A DNA stretch of 64,000 bases from Octopus sinensis (lineage: Eukaryota), in NCBI RefSeq assembly GCF_006345805.1, contig NC_043003.1, positions 16,182,001 through 16,246,000 of the forward strand, in the 5' to 3' direction. The notes below the pieces were generated by a model. The model ran no database searches. It was not told where the DNA came from and worked only from the letters and a program-made list of their open reading frames with translations. A program made the position numbers and the translations under genes. Positions 26,888-39,461 of this stretch are shown one piece after another (position 1 is the stretch's first letter; each line of letters starts with the position of its first letter).

Positions 26888-27150
26888 TATATATATGTGT
26901 GTGTGTGTGTGTATGTGTGTGTGTGTGTATTTGTGCATTTGTGCCGATCCTCCACCATCGCTTGACAACCGATGTTCGTGTGTTTACGTCCCCGTAACTT
27001 AACGGTTCGGAAAAACAGACCGATAGAATAAGTACTAGGCTTACAACGAATAAGTCCTGGTGTCGATTTGTTCGACTTAAAAGGCAGTGCTCCAGTATGG
27101 CCCCAGTTAAATGACTGAAACAAGTAAAAAAAATAAAAGTGTAAAAGAAT
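26695..27150 (+). mobile_element. SINE family A, full length
   Basis: TGGCTGTGTGGCAAGAAGC head, CCTTGGGCAAG, internal (TA)n(TG)n, GACTGAAACAAGTAAAA tail. Confidence 0.88.
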
Positions 27151-27308
27151 ATATACAGTTAATTTAACTCTTATTTTAGCATAAGCTGTGCCAGTTTAGT
27201 ACCGTGTGTCACTTTTGTGACCTCTTTCTCTCTGTCTGTCTGTCTCTCTCTCTATATATTGCATGTGTGTATATATATATATATATATGTGTGGTGTGTG
27301 TGTGTGGT

Positions 27309-27352
<44 letters not shown>

Positions 27353-27370
27353 GTTGTGTGTGTTGTGGTG

Positions 27371-27407
<37 letters not shown>

Positions 27408-27519
27408 CATATAATTCAATAAAAAAAAACGAGAAAAAAAATGTCGATAAGAAAAAACAACGCGTGGACGTGGTGCATACAAAGTATTAATAAGACGCTC
27501 AGAGAAGGAATGAAAGGGT

Positions 27520-27554
27520 ATTTTACGTTTCAAGCAAAGCTCTTCTTCAGAAAC
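27520..27554 (-). ncRNA. Minimal hammerhead, family F
   Basis: Minus strand gttt-CTGAAGA-a-gagc-ttt-gctt-GAAA-c-GTA-aaat. Confidence 0.7.
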
Positions 27555-27815
27555 AGGAGAGAGAGGAAAGTCCAAGAGAAAAGGAAGATGGAGGAAAAAA
27601 ATCGCCAACAGTCCACATGTGGTTATAGACAATAATTCAAGTAAGCAGATAAAAGTTTGGATTTTAACGTATAAAATGTATATACACGTACACGCGCAAA
27701 AAGAGAGAACAGACTCAAAATGTTCAAATGATAAACAGTCAGGTATATATATAGTCCAGAGCAAACTTAATCAGATTACATAGATAGAAAGAATTAGAGG
27801 GGAGAAAACGTTACA

Positions 27816-27948
27816 GGCCTGACAGCTGTTTCTGAGGGCTTGAAGTTGCTTCAAGCATAATGTTGGCAGATGTAGTTAATAAAAAATTTGCATCCGGTAA
27901 TGAAAGCAAGCAAACATTGGTAACTCCAGAGCCTCCTTCATCAGGATG
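27816..27948 (-). ncRNA. Degenerate hammerhead-like motif with long helix II
   Basis: Minus strand CTGATGA..about 105 nt..GAAA-cagct-GTC, the same ACAGCTGT helix III as at 41756. Helix I does not pair well. Confidence 0.45.
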
Positions 27949-28193
27949 GTTTGGTAACTCACGATGTAGAATTACTGTGTCTCCGTCGGCGCTCTCACCT
28001 CAGTCAAGAAGTCTGCAAAAGTTGTGAACATTGCATGCGCTCATCACGTCTGAATTTAGAATGGGACGAAGCACTTACGGAACTAACAATACAGTACAGA
28101 GAACTATCTGTACAGAGTGGAAAACGCCTAGCTTCGGTATCAGTGTTACAAGAGCTGTAAAGTATACGGGTGTCGGTAGGAACAGTTCTTGAC

Positions 28194-28333
28194 CAGTGAT
28201 GGGCAAAATTGCGCCTGTGGGTGTTTCTAAACGGCACATTAAAAAACATTTCCTTTATCTTAGTAATGCAGCACGCCTGACGATGAGCAATAATTCATGC
28301 GGCCCGCTTCTCGAAAGAAGTAGCCCATGACAG
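28194..28333. mobile_element. hAT-like MITE
   Basis: CAGTGATGGGC / GCCCATGACAG termini, subterminal GCGGCCCGC, flanks TTCTTGAC and TTTTAGAT resembling an NTCTAGAN 8-bp target. Confidence 0.55.
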
Positions 28334-28986
28334 TTTTAGATTAAAGTAGTCGATGGCTAACAAGTGCCATACCGTTGATTGTGTATATTGTCCGTAAGAG
28401 GTGCACGACATGCTTGAAATAGCAGTCAAATCTCCTTCAAATTACTCATTATGTTCTTTACATGCTGCATAATGTGTTCCTATGTTCAATACAGTTAGAA
28501 TAAAGTCGAGAGGGTCAACAAAGTTGGAAACGACTGGGAAAAGTTGGGTCACAGATCTTCTCTATCAGAGCTGACCTGGGGTTAAAGAAACAATAGCAAC
28601 CGGTTGTTTAAATAGAGCTAAATATTTCTACATGTTTTGCAAAAACAAAAGCCTCTCCCCGTGCGCTCCCCACCACCGAAATCTCAGGTGCAGGTGTAGC
28701 TGTGTGGTAAGAAGCTTGCTTCTAAACACAAGGCTCCGGGTTCAGTTCCACTGCGCGGCACCTTGGGCAAACGTCTTCGACTACAGCCTTGTGAGTGGAT
28801 TTGGTAGATGGAAACTGAAAGAAAGCCGTCGTAGAGACCAATAGAAAAAGTACTAGGCTTAAAAGAAAAGTAAGTCTAAAGCCCTTCAAGGTGGTGCTCC
28901 AGCATGGCCGCAGTGAAAACGACAGAAACAAGAAAAAGATAAAAAGATAAAAGATAAGAAGTGCAACAAGTACAAAACACGATATA

Positions 28987-29062
28987 TAGCATGTCCATAA
29001 AATATCTTTACAATTTAAATATAAACGTGTGAAAATTGTAAAAATAATTTATGAACATCCTG
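28987..29062. mobile_element. 76-bp MITE related to the DD41D element TIR
   Basis: ATGTCCATAAA.TATCTTTACAATTT / AAATTGTAAAAATAATTTATGAACATCCTG|TA. Resembles the 43041-43071 end AAAATTGTAGAGAGACTTTATGGACACCCTG|TA. Confidence 0.6.
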
Positions 29063-29084
29063 TATATGCATGTATGTATGTATA

Positions 29085-29188
29085 TCATTGTTCAGTTTAT
29101 TTCAAGATTTCTTGCCAATAGAGAAAGAGCCGGTTTCTAACCTAGATTCAAGGGTCCTTCATTGAAATTTCAACATCAACAACAGGGT
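29085..29188 (-). repeat. About 100-bp dispersed repeat (family E) embedded in (TATG)n
   Basis: TCATT.TTCAGTTTATTTCAAGATTTCTTGCCAA..CCGGTTTCTAACC..CAACATCAAC..CAGGGT, also at 45391-45494 and 61165-61262. Confidence 0.8.
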
Positions 29189-29224
29189 AGTTTTGTATGT
29201 ATGTATGCATGTATATATGTATGC

Positions 29225-29337
<113 letters not shown>

Positions 29338-29381
29338 GTACATATATATTATATATATATATATATATATACATATATATA

Positions 29382-29428
<47 letters not shown>

Positions 29429-29923
29429 CATATACATATACATATATATATACATTATATATATACATATACATATACATATAATATATTATAATATATT
29501 ATATATATAATATATATATATATATAATATATATTATTTATATGTATATAAATATGTTACCACATAAACTTATTCTGTGAAGCATTACAGCGAATATGGC
29601 AAGATGAAAAAAAGTATTAAAAGGAGAAAAACAACAACAAAAAATGGAGGCATCTCCATTTCATTTGAAATCAAGCAACAAACATGTCTACCGAGAGATC
29701 GTATTTACATCGTTTTCAAGTATTTTTTTCTCTTTTTTTTTTGTAGAAAACGTTTACGATTTAAAATGTCACAGGTTTACAGATAATTATGTCAAATCAA
29801 GATTGCTGAATGCTGTACTCTAGAGTTTCTGCAATCTTGCTGTCACGCAATATTAAATCAAAGCCTACACATGCGCATTAATACAAACCACTCACAAATA
29901 GATACAGACACACATCCCAACAA

Positions 29924-29965
<42 letters not shown>

Positions 29966-30265
29966 CACATGCACACATATGTTCGTACATATGTATGTCT
30001 GTACGTATATACGTATGTATGCTTTTATGTATGTATGTATGTATGTATGCATGCATGTATGTATGCATGCATGTATGTATGCATGTATGTATGTATGTGT
30101 GTAAGGGTGTATATGCAGATGTGCACAAAATAATGTAATCGATATGCAAATGTATATAGCACTTTTTTATTTTTTAAAATTTTTTATTATTTTTTTACTT
30201 TTCGGTGTGTGTGTGTGATTGATGTGATATAGGATACATCAATCTATCACCCTCTGAAAAACTGA

Positions 30266-30322
<57 letters not shown>

Positions 30323-30407
30323 TATGTGTATACATATATATATATATTGTATGTATAATATGTATGTATATATATATATATATGTATATATATAATATGT
30401 ATGTATA

Positions 30408-30464
<57 letters not shown>

Positions 30465-30487
30465 TAATATATATTTCTATATATATC

Positions 30488-30527
<40 letters not shown>

Positions 30528-31079
30528 TCTAGATATCATATATATATATATACATACAAACACATGCACGCACACACACACACACACATATATATATATA
30601 ATTTATATATATATATACACATTATATTGTATTTATATCCGTAAAGACAAATACACGAACACACACATATTGAGTGAGAGAGAGAGAGAAAGAGAGGAAG
30701 AGAGAGGGAGAGATAAACAGATAGATATATATCGATTAATAAGCATATAATCTTCCGTATCCAGTTTTCACGTTACACTCCTTCTTCCCACCTGTCTTTT
30801 TTTATCTTCTTTTATCACTATTTAGAAATGAAAGTTAACATTTCATCATTTCTGACATGAAATTTATTTATTATTTTTACACGTATTTTCGCCTTGAGGG
30901 CAATTAGTGGAATCTACAAATGTTTCTAATTTCATTTTCTTTCTTTGAGAATTCCATGACATTCCGTGTAGCCTGTATTCTAAAAATAAAAAAGACAGCT
31001 ATCATCTTGTGTAGGGTGCCTATGTTAATATATTTGGTTAACCTTTTTTTAATAACTCACATAATTACCATAACGACAG

Positions 31080-31345
31080 CACTACGACCAGAGAGTTGCC
31101 GGATGACTGAACTTCCCGGATATTTGATCACCACTTTTTCAATTACTTACAAAACTCATCAAAACTCTCCCTATGTGTCACTGGAACCGGAAGGATGCCG
31201 GATACCTGAATTTTCTGGGTATCAGATAGTTATTTTAAATTAGTGTAATACCTTAGGAAACTTATCATAGCTCTCTATATACATCATTGAAACCGAAAGG
31301 ATGCCGGATGACTGAATTTTCCGGATTTCTGATCATTGCATTTTA
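31080..31345. repeat. Three degenerate about 100-bp tandem units
   Basis: GCCGGAT..CTGAA.TT..C.GG.T.T..GAT at about 31098, 31197 and 31303, with similar spacers. Confidence 0.7.
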
Positions 31346-31455
31346 GATTACCGCAACACGTTAAAATCATTAAATCTTTCTAAATACATCACAGGGACTA
31401 GTGTTGCCGGTGGTGCTGATGGTGATAAGGATAAAAATAAAAATAAGAAGAATAG

Positions 31456-31838
31456 GCGCAGGAGTGGCTGTGTGGTAAGTAGCTTGCTAACCAACCACAT
31501 GGTTCCGGGTTCAGTCCCACTGCGTGGCATCTTGGGCAAGTGTCTTCTGCTATAGCCCCGGGCTGACCAATGCCTTGTGAAAGAAGCCTGTCGTATATAT
31601 GTATATATATATGTGTGTCTGTGTGTTTGTGTGTCTGTGTTTGTCCCCCTAGCATTGATTGACAACCGATGCTGGTGTGTTTACGTCCCCGTCACTTAGC
31701 GGTTCGGCAAAAGAGACCGATAGAATAAGTACTGGCCTTACAAAGAATAAGTCCCGGGGTCGATTTGATCGACTAAAGGCGGTGCTCCAGCATGGCCGCA
31801 GTCAAATGACTGAAACAAGTAAAAGAGTCAAAAGAGTA
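31456..31838 (+). mobile_element. SINE family A, reference copy
   Basis: GGCGCAGGAGTGGCTGTGTGGTAAGTAGC..GGTTCAGTCCC (Pol III A/B boxes)..CTTGGGCAAG..GACTGAAACAAGTAAAAGAGT. Confidence 0.9.
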
Positions 31839-32036
31839 TAGTATGCTGCAGCTGCTAATACTAAATACTACTAACACTAAATTAACACTACAAGTGCTAC
31901 TATTATGATAGCACAGGTATCTGAGGCCCAGCTACCACCCTTACCACTACCCACACCCACGCTACTGTTGCTGGTGCTGCAACCACTGCTGCTACTATAC
32001 ATAAAAACAATAATATCAGTGATATTAGTGGTGATG

Positions 32037-32068
<32 letters not shown>

Positions 32069-32166
32069 CTTCTTCTTCTTCTTCTTCTTCTTCTTCTTCT
32101 TCTTCTTCTGTATTGTTGAGGTGTGTGCAGTATTGTGTGTCATTGTCTTTCTTTGGTGTTGGGGGA

Positions 32167-32211
<45 letters not shown>

Positions 32212-32234
32212 GTTGTTGTTGTTGTTGTTGTTAC

Positions 32235-32268
<34 letters not shown>

Positions 32269-32271
32269 CTT

Positions 32272-32302
<31 letters not shown>

Positions 32303-33739
32303 TTATTATAACATTCTTTTCTTTACATTAGATTTCTAAAGAAACTTCCCTGTTTTATGTGATCTGTCTTTATAATGTACCTGTTGAAAATCCTCCTCCT
32401 CCTCCTCCTCCTCCTCCTCATCATCATCATCGCTATTGTGCTGTTGTTGGCGATGTCACTGGTCCTATTGTTGTTGATTATCATGATACAATTATTAATA
32501 ACAAATGTGAAAGAAATACTGTCACGCATTGAACGGTTGAAACAACGGGAATTCACGTAAATATGTTTTTGCTATCCTTCTCCTCCTCCTCCTCCCCCTT
32601 CACCTCCCCCACATCATCATCATCATCATCATCATCATCACCATAATGGCTGTTGACAGAATCGAGAGGGTTATTTAGTTACGTTTCTTTATATTCTAAA
32701 GTACAAATCGCAAATCTTTTCGATTTTCATTTTCCTACCTCTATAATCCTTCGGGGATCGATCAAAATAAGTACCAAGTCCTATTCCGCGGTGGATTACG
32801 ATGGCAAGACAATGATATTGTTATTTTTCTCTTCTCTCCGCCTTCGCTGATCTCTGAACTCAACATGAAAGGAAAGCTCTGATCTGTTAGGCCTCAATGG
32901 GTTTGACTTCTCAAATGATTTCGTTAAAATTTTTCCTTCCCCTTTAATAAACTCAGCCTAATTTACAAAAGGTTTATTTGCTGTTCATTCAAGAGACAAA
33001 GGCCTTTCAAATATTCTTTTTAATTCATATAAAAGAAGAGATTTTATATGATTTTATATGCTAAATGTTTCCTTTAAGTTTTAGCTGTTTTTTTCTTTTC
33101 GCATTTCTAATACGCCAAACCGAACAATTTCCAAAGGTTTTGTTTTTGTGACACTGTCTCCGTTAATCTTTATACAGCTTGATTTATTTTATTCATCCAT
33201 TTTTATCCTTTTCAACTTTGCTTCTGCAGACCATCACACGCTGCAACAAGGGGTTCATATCTTTTTTTTTTGATGCTGTTAAATCCAATTTTTAATTTTT
33301 GATAAAAATTATTAATAAAAAATTATTCTTGTGAATTGTCAAAACAGGTTATACCGTACTACTAACTATTGATAGGAGTAACAATACAGCAATCGCTCTA
33401 AGGCGGGGAGCTGGTAGAATCGTTAGCGCACCAGACAAAAAAACTTAGCGGCGTTTCGTCCGTCTACCTTCTGAGTTCAAATCCCGTCGGGGTTGACTTT
33501 GTCTTTCATTCTTTCGGGGTCGATAAATTAAGTAGCAGTTACGCATTGGGGTCAATATAACTGACCAACCTTCTCCCACCAACTTGCTGGTCTTGTTCCA
33601 AAATTTGAAACCAAAATATAATTCTTTATTGCTCACAAGGTGCTAAACATAGAATTCAGCCAGTTCTTAAATCACTCTTCTACTATCGGCGATCAACCCG
33701 TGTTCAGATTCCTCTCAAATCAGAACCTGAACACCTCAA

Positions 33740-33885
33740 CAACTCCAGTCCCTCGCTGAGGTCTGCAAGATGATCGGAAAGATGAATTGTGGCATTCATC
33801 AGTGTTGACATTCTTGCAGAAGTACTCAAGGTTTTGGACCAAGAATCATTGGTAGCATTCCACGATATTCTTGTCAGTATTTAGG
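33740..33885 (+). pseudogene. RTE-like LINE RT fragment, degraded
   Basis: Translation VDILAEVLKVLDQESLVAFHDILVSI*DQEEMLPDWR resembles the RTE GIPAEVLK..IW..EE.P.DW motif. Confidence 0.5.
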
Positions 33886-34886
33886 ATCAAGAAGAAATGC
33901 TGCCTGATTGGCGGATGCCGCAGTCATTAAGAAAAACGAAGTCTCTTGAATGTTGTTTTGTACTCTCCATTGCAACACCGAATCTTCGATTACCGCACCG
34001 GGTGGTGCGTTCTGTTCATGAGCAAAACACTTCGAGGGACGTGAAATGTTTCGTTTTTTAACGGTTGATCTCCATCCACTTACCTCTAAATTAATAAACT
34101 TGCGTCGGCCTGGCGTCTCTTTCAGTCACTTATACAACATAGAAACCGGGTAACCGGTGTCCCAGGATTCGAGACAGCAATGTCTAAGGGGACCTACTTT
34201 TTCTATGCACTGCTTAGATGTTTCTGTAAATAAATAAAGAAATAGATAAATAAATAAATAAATATAAATGTGGAGACTTACGAATATGTAATACTATATT
34301 TCTGCTTTTGAAAACGATTCATATACATTTAAGAATGTCTAGATTAATTCTGCCAAGTTATAAAACCTAGACTCAATTTCAAATAAGCTATTCTTAAATT
34401 TCTGAAAAATAGTGTTTATTGCGTCGTAGAAATTATATTACATATTACACATTACATATTGCATTGATATTATATTACATATCAACTTAATAGCAACAAG
34501 CTTCTGGCTTGTAAAGAATTCTCATTTCTTCACCAGGTCAGAGATTAAACAAACCAGAGCGAATAAGAGAAGTTCGACGATGTCCCCCTATCGGCTAGAA
34601 ATTGGAAACAAACCTCCCCTCAAATTGCAGCGCACCGTCTGTTAAATAAAGGACTCATTGCATATATTTGTATATATTTGGTATGCTTTGATATGCATAT
34701 TACGGAAAGAAATTTTTATATACACACTCTGATATATAACCTACGTTGGACCCCTTATTCGCATAATCACCGAACCTGGAACTCAACTATGGTTTATCCA
34801 TAGCACCTTTTCAGCATTACCTGACACCTTTGGGTCTCACTGATACCATTACCTCTCATAACCTCTCTCTCTCTCTCTCTATGTAT

Positions 34887-34920
<34 letters not shown>

Positions 34921-35292
34921 CCTCTTCTAATTTGCTAAAAGCGCTCTAAGGCTTTTTAAAATACTGTTGTATTACGATGGCATGGGCTCACGTGCACTTC
35001 TCACACTATATGTGTACGTGTGTCAGCGGAGTACTCAGCCACTTGCATGTTAATGCCAGAAGCAAGCTGTTCCATTGATCTTATCAACTGGAACACTAGT
35101 GGTCGTAACCGACGGAATGCCAGTTTTTATCCCCCCCCTTTAGCAGTAGAGACGGGAAAGGCGGACGCTCTGAGCTGACACAAGAGACGAGTCTTTCTTA
35201 TGATATTCCCGTGATCACTTAATGACCGGTTCCGCCATTCAGCGACTCGCCGTAAGTAAAATACTCCAAGCAATTACGTGTATAATACAATG

Positions 35293-35343
<51 letters not shown>

Positions 35344-35345
<2 letters not shown>

Positions 35346-35640
35346 CAACAATTAAGGGTTTAGCTACAAGTTGCTTGACCACATACCGAAAATTTTAGAA
35401 ACAGCAGCCAAAAGACCGGTATTTCTTTTTTCTACAAAAAAAGAAAAAAGAAATACCGGTCTTTTAGCTGCTATTTCTAAAATTTTCGGTATGTGGTCAA
35501 GCAACTTGTTGCTAAACCCTTAATTATTGTTTTAAAAAACTTTTTGTATATGTTTTTACCGAATATGGTTCTTTTCCATGCCGAAAACTAATTTGTTAAT
35601 TTATTAAATTAAAATTTTTTCACCCTATATCTGTAATGAA
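35344..35640. mobile_element. Fold-back insertion (90-bp arms) in (TA)n, related to the 39462-40210 family
   Basis: Arms 35344-35433 / 35442-35531. CCACATACCGAA..TTAGAAA.AGCAG is shared with 40081-40108, and 35540-35625 matches the reverse complement of 39947-40030. Confidence 0.8.
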
Positions 35641-36356
35641 TATATATATATATGTTGCATTATATTCCCTTTCTTTAAATCGTTTTGCTTGTGAAGAAAC
35701 TTTTACCATTCCTCATTTCTGACTCTGTAGAATTCATTGTGAAATAATTCACTGTCTTGTGTCGCGTGCGAAAAGCATCGATTTCCTCATTAATGACTTA
35801 ATGTGTTGCGCACTAATTAAGATTCGACGTCAACGTTCTCTATAGAAAACGAATTCTAATACTGTTCCTTCGCTAAATATATTCACAACTACGACAGAAT
35901 GTAGACATCTATACATCATTAAGTATTTCCTCCTCCAACAGGCTTTTAATGAAGCCATTACCTTTAGTCACGCACACGGACACACAGACACACACATACA
36001 TTATCATACACTTTACATTTAATATGTTAGTCTCTTTTGTATTTGCTTATATTATTTTACTTGTTTTATAATAATGACCGATTCTTTTAAGTTCAAAGGG
36101 AAGAAAATTTGTCTCGCTAACTTTAACGAGTGTCCGATGATTATAAAATAAACATCGCTTAGTTAGTTCTTTATATTTACGACCCTTGGACATTTCATAA
36201 TCGAGAGACATATTTCACTTTGTTCTGTAAGTTTAAAAACAATCGCTGGAGTTGGCTGGTCTCGAACCTTCACTACTGAGGCATCTACCGATTCGCTTGT
36301 CTGTCGTCATGTCTTGTCAACCTTGTTACGTCTAACCCCACTTCTCTGCACTAACC

Positions 36357-36588
36357 TATTTCTATACTACCCACAAGGGGTTAAACACAGAGAGGACAAA
36401 CAAGGACAGACAAATGGATTAAGTCGATTATATCGACCCCAGTGCGTAACTAGTACCTATTTAATCGACCCCGAAAGGATGAATGGCAAAGTCGACCTCG
36501 GCGGAATTTGAACTCAGAACGTAGCGGCAGACGAAATACTGCAAAGCATTTCACCCGGCGTGCTAACGTTTCTGCCAGCTCGCCGCCC
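36357..36588 (-). mobile_element. SINE family B monomer with 16-bp TSD, inside a degraded RTE-like 3' end
   Basis: TSD CTTCTCTGCACTAACC at 36341-36356 and 36589-36604. Confidence 0.9.
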
Positions 36589-36935
36589 CTTCTCTGCACT
36601 AACCACCATACCTCAACCGTCTTACTCTGAACATCATCCCTTTAATATTATTCCCTTTTGCACGTCTTTCCTGGAGATGTTGACCCGAAATAGTGTGAAT
36701 AAAACATTAACATCAATCTCGCCATATTCATATTAAGAAATTCCATGTAGACGTTCTCTTAATTTAAATTTTTGTTTTATTTTCTTACGAAAATTCTTAT
36801 GATGGATCTCCTTATCATCGAGGAACTTTCTTATTAAAAGCACATCCTTAGCCCATCTTCAAGATTAGCCCTTGTCTTTTAAGTCAGAAAATATTTCAAC
36901 CCCCAACAACAAAAGGTTCAAATGAGGCGTCATAC

Positions 36936-37538
36936 CTATTTCTTTATTACCCAGAAGGGGCTAAACATAGAGGGGGAAAGCAAGGTCAGACAAAGGGATT
37001 AAGTCGATTATATCGACCCCAGTGCGTAACTGGTACTTAATTTATCGACCCCGAAAGGATGAAAGGCAAAGTCGACCTCGGCGGAATTTGAACTCAGAAC
37101 GTAGTGGCAGACGAAATACCTATTTCTTTACTACCCACAAGGGGCTGAACACAGAGAGGGCAAACAAGGACAGTCAAACAGATTAAGTCGATTATATCGA
37201 CCCCAGTGTGTAACTGGTACTTATTTAATTGACCCCGAAAGGATGAAAGGCAAAGTCGACCTCGGCAGAATTTGAACTCAGAACGTAGTGGCAGACGAAA
37301 TACCTATTTCTTTACTACCCACAAGGGGCTGAACACAGAGAGGGCAAACAAGGACAGACAAACAGATTAAGTCGATTATATCGACCCCAGTGCGTAACTG
37401 GTACTTATTTAATCGACCCCGAAAGGATGAAAGGCAAAGTTGACCGTGGCGGAATTTGAACTCAGAACGTAACGGCAGACAAAATACCGCTAAGCATTTC
37501 GCCCGACGTGCTAACGTTTCTGCCAGCTCGCCGCCTCG
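36936..37538 (-). mobile_element. SINE family B trimer (184-bp period) with 13-bp TSD
   Basis: GAAATACCTATTTC junctions at about 37119 and 37303. TSD TGAGGCGTCATAC at 36923-36935 and 37539-37551. Confidence 0.92.
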
Positions 37539-37922
37539 TGAGGCGTCATACTTCCACAGCTGGACTTGTGCTACTGCTACGTATACAAAAAAACAAAACA
37601 AAAAACAAACAAAACAACCAGGATCTTGATGAGAAAGGAGTTGGTTACTTTGTTTCTTCACACTTCGAAGTTGAAATTTGAAAATATATTTGAATGTATT
37701 TGTTGGAAAAGGAAACTTTGAATTTAAAGATGGCGTCTTTTTTGCCAGGAATCCATATGTCCCTTCTTTTTCAATGTATGCCGTGTATACTTACTCCTTT
37801 TATTTTTATCATTTCATTATATGTAAACCCCTACAGTTCATGTCTGTCTCTATATTGTCCCCCTCATCCATCGCCCTTGAGGTAAATAAAATCATCATCA
37901 TCATTGTTATTATTATTATTGT

Positions 37923-38070
37923 TGCCGAGGTCGACTTTGCCTTTCATCTTTTCGGGGTCGATAAATTAAGTACCAGTTACGCACTGGGGTCGATATAATC
38001 GACTTAATCTGTTTGCCTGTCCTTGTTTGTCCCCTGTATGTTTAGCCCACTGTGGGCAATAAAGAAATAA

Positions 38071-38120
<50 letters not shown>

Positions 38121-38330
38121 GGTGACGAGCTGGCAGGATCGTTAGCACGCCGGGTGAAAGGCTTAGCGCTATTTCGTCTGCCGCTACGTTCTGAGTTCAA
38201 ATTCTGCCGAGGTTGGCTTTGCCTTTCATCCTTTCGGGGTCCATAATTTAGATACCAGTGAAACACTGGAGTCGATGTAATCGACTAGTCCCCTCCCACA
38301 AAATTTCAATGCCTTGTGCCTTTAGTGGAA
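37923..38330 (+). mobile_element. Two SINE-B copies separated by (ATT)n
   Basis: GCCGAGGTCGACTTTGCCTTTCATC body (37923-38070) and a headed copy from 38119. Confidence 0.8.
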
Positions 38331-38339
38331 AGGATAATA

Positions 38340-38377
<38 letters not shown>

Positions 38378-38436
38378 TATTATTATTATTATTATTAATA
38401 TTATCATCATCATCATCAACATCATCATCATCATTA

Positions 38437-38481
<45 letters not shown>

Positions 38482-38487
38482 TACTAC

Positions 38488-38520
<33 letters not shown>

Positions 38521-38549
38521 CATTATTATTATCATTATCATTATTATTA

Positions 38550-38586
<37 letters not shown>

Positions 38587-39327
38587 GTTATTGTTCTTCC
38601 TCTTCTTCTTCCTCTTCTTCTTCCTCTTCTTCTTCTTCCTCTTCTTCTTCGTCTTCCTCTTCTTCTTCTTCTTCTTCTTCTTCTTCTTCTTCTTCTTCAG
38701 TGCAACAGTCGAGCACTGGGGCCGATATATAATCGGCTTAACTCCTCGTCTCAAAATGTCCGGCCTTGTGCCTATAGTAGAACGAAGTATTATTATGAAA
38801 ATGCTATTGTTTAATATGTACAAGTTTGGAAACTATTTCCGACCACTAAAACAAAAATATAGATTTCTTTTTTGACTGACTCCTTTCTCAATTCGCATAG
38901 AACGTAAACATGTCTATTGTTTTCACTCGATATTGAATCCTGTAGAAAGCGGTTTTATTTCCTTTTGTTTCGGGGAACTATATTCGATATATTAGTTACC
39001 AGCGGAAACAACTTCACACTGAGCATAAAGAACTACGAAGAATGGTTTCGATTTATTTTAATTCACTTCTGTTTGTGTTTTTGCCACCCTTACTTCTACG
39101 TCTGTAACATAATAAAGTTACATAAGAATAATTAAGAATGTTAGTGCAGGCCTGGCTGTGTGGTTAAAAGGTTCGCTTTATAACCATGTGGTTTCGGGTT
39201 CAGTCGCACTGCGCGGTATCCGGGGCAAGTGTCTTGTATTACTGGCCCAATTTGACCAATGCTTTCCGAGTGAATTTGGTAGAAGGAAATTGTGTGAAAG
39301 CCCATTGTGTGTGTACATATATATAAA

Positions 39328-39365
39328 CTGTCCGACGAACGGGAACGTGAAACTCCGAGTAACAG
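39328..39365 (+). ncRNA. Very compact hammerhead variant (38 nt)
   Basis: ctgt-CCGACGA-acg-ggaa-cgt-GAAA-ctccga-GTA-acag, within a 75-bp insert between TA runs that ends in AATAAA. Confidence 0.65.
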
Positions 39366-39422
39366 CTTTTGTTATACTTTTGCTGCTTTTAAATAAAGTA
39401 TATATGTATATATATATATATA

Positions 39423-39461
<39 letters not shown>

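Noticed and set aside
31080-31345. CRISPR-like repeat-spacer pattern
   Set aside because: Spacers resemble each other and repeats are degenerate. It is a eukaryotic tandem repeat with no cas genes.
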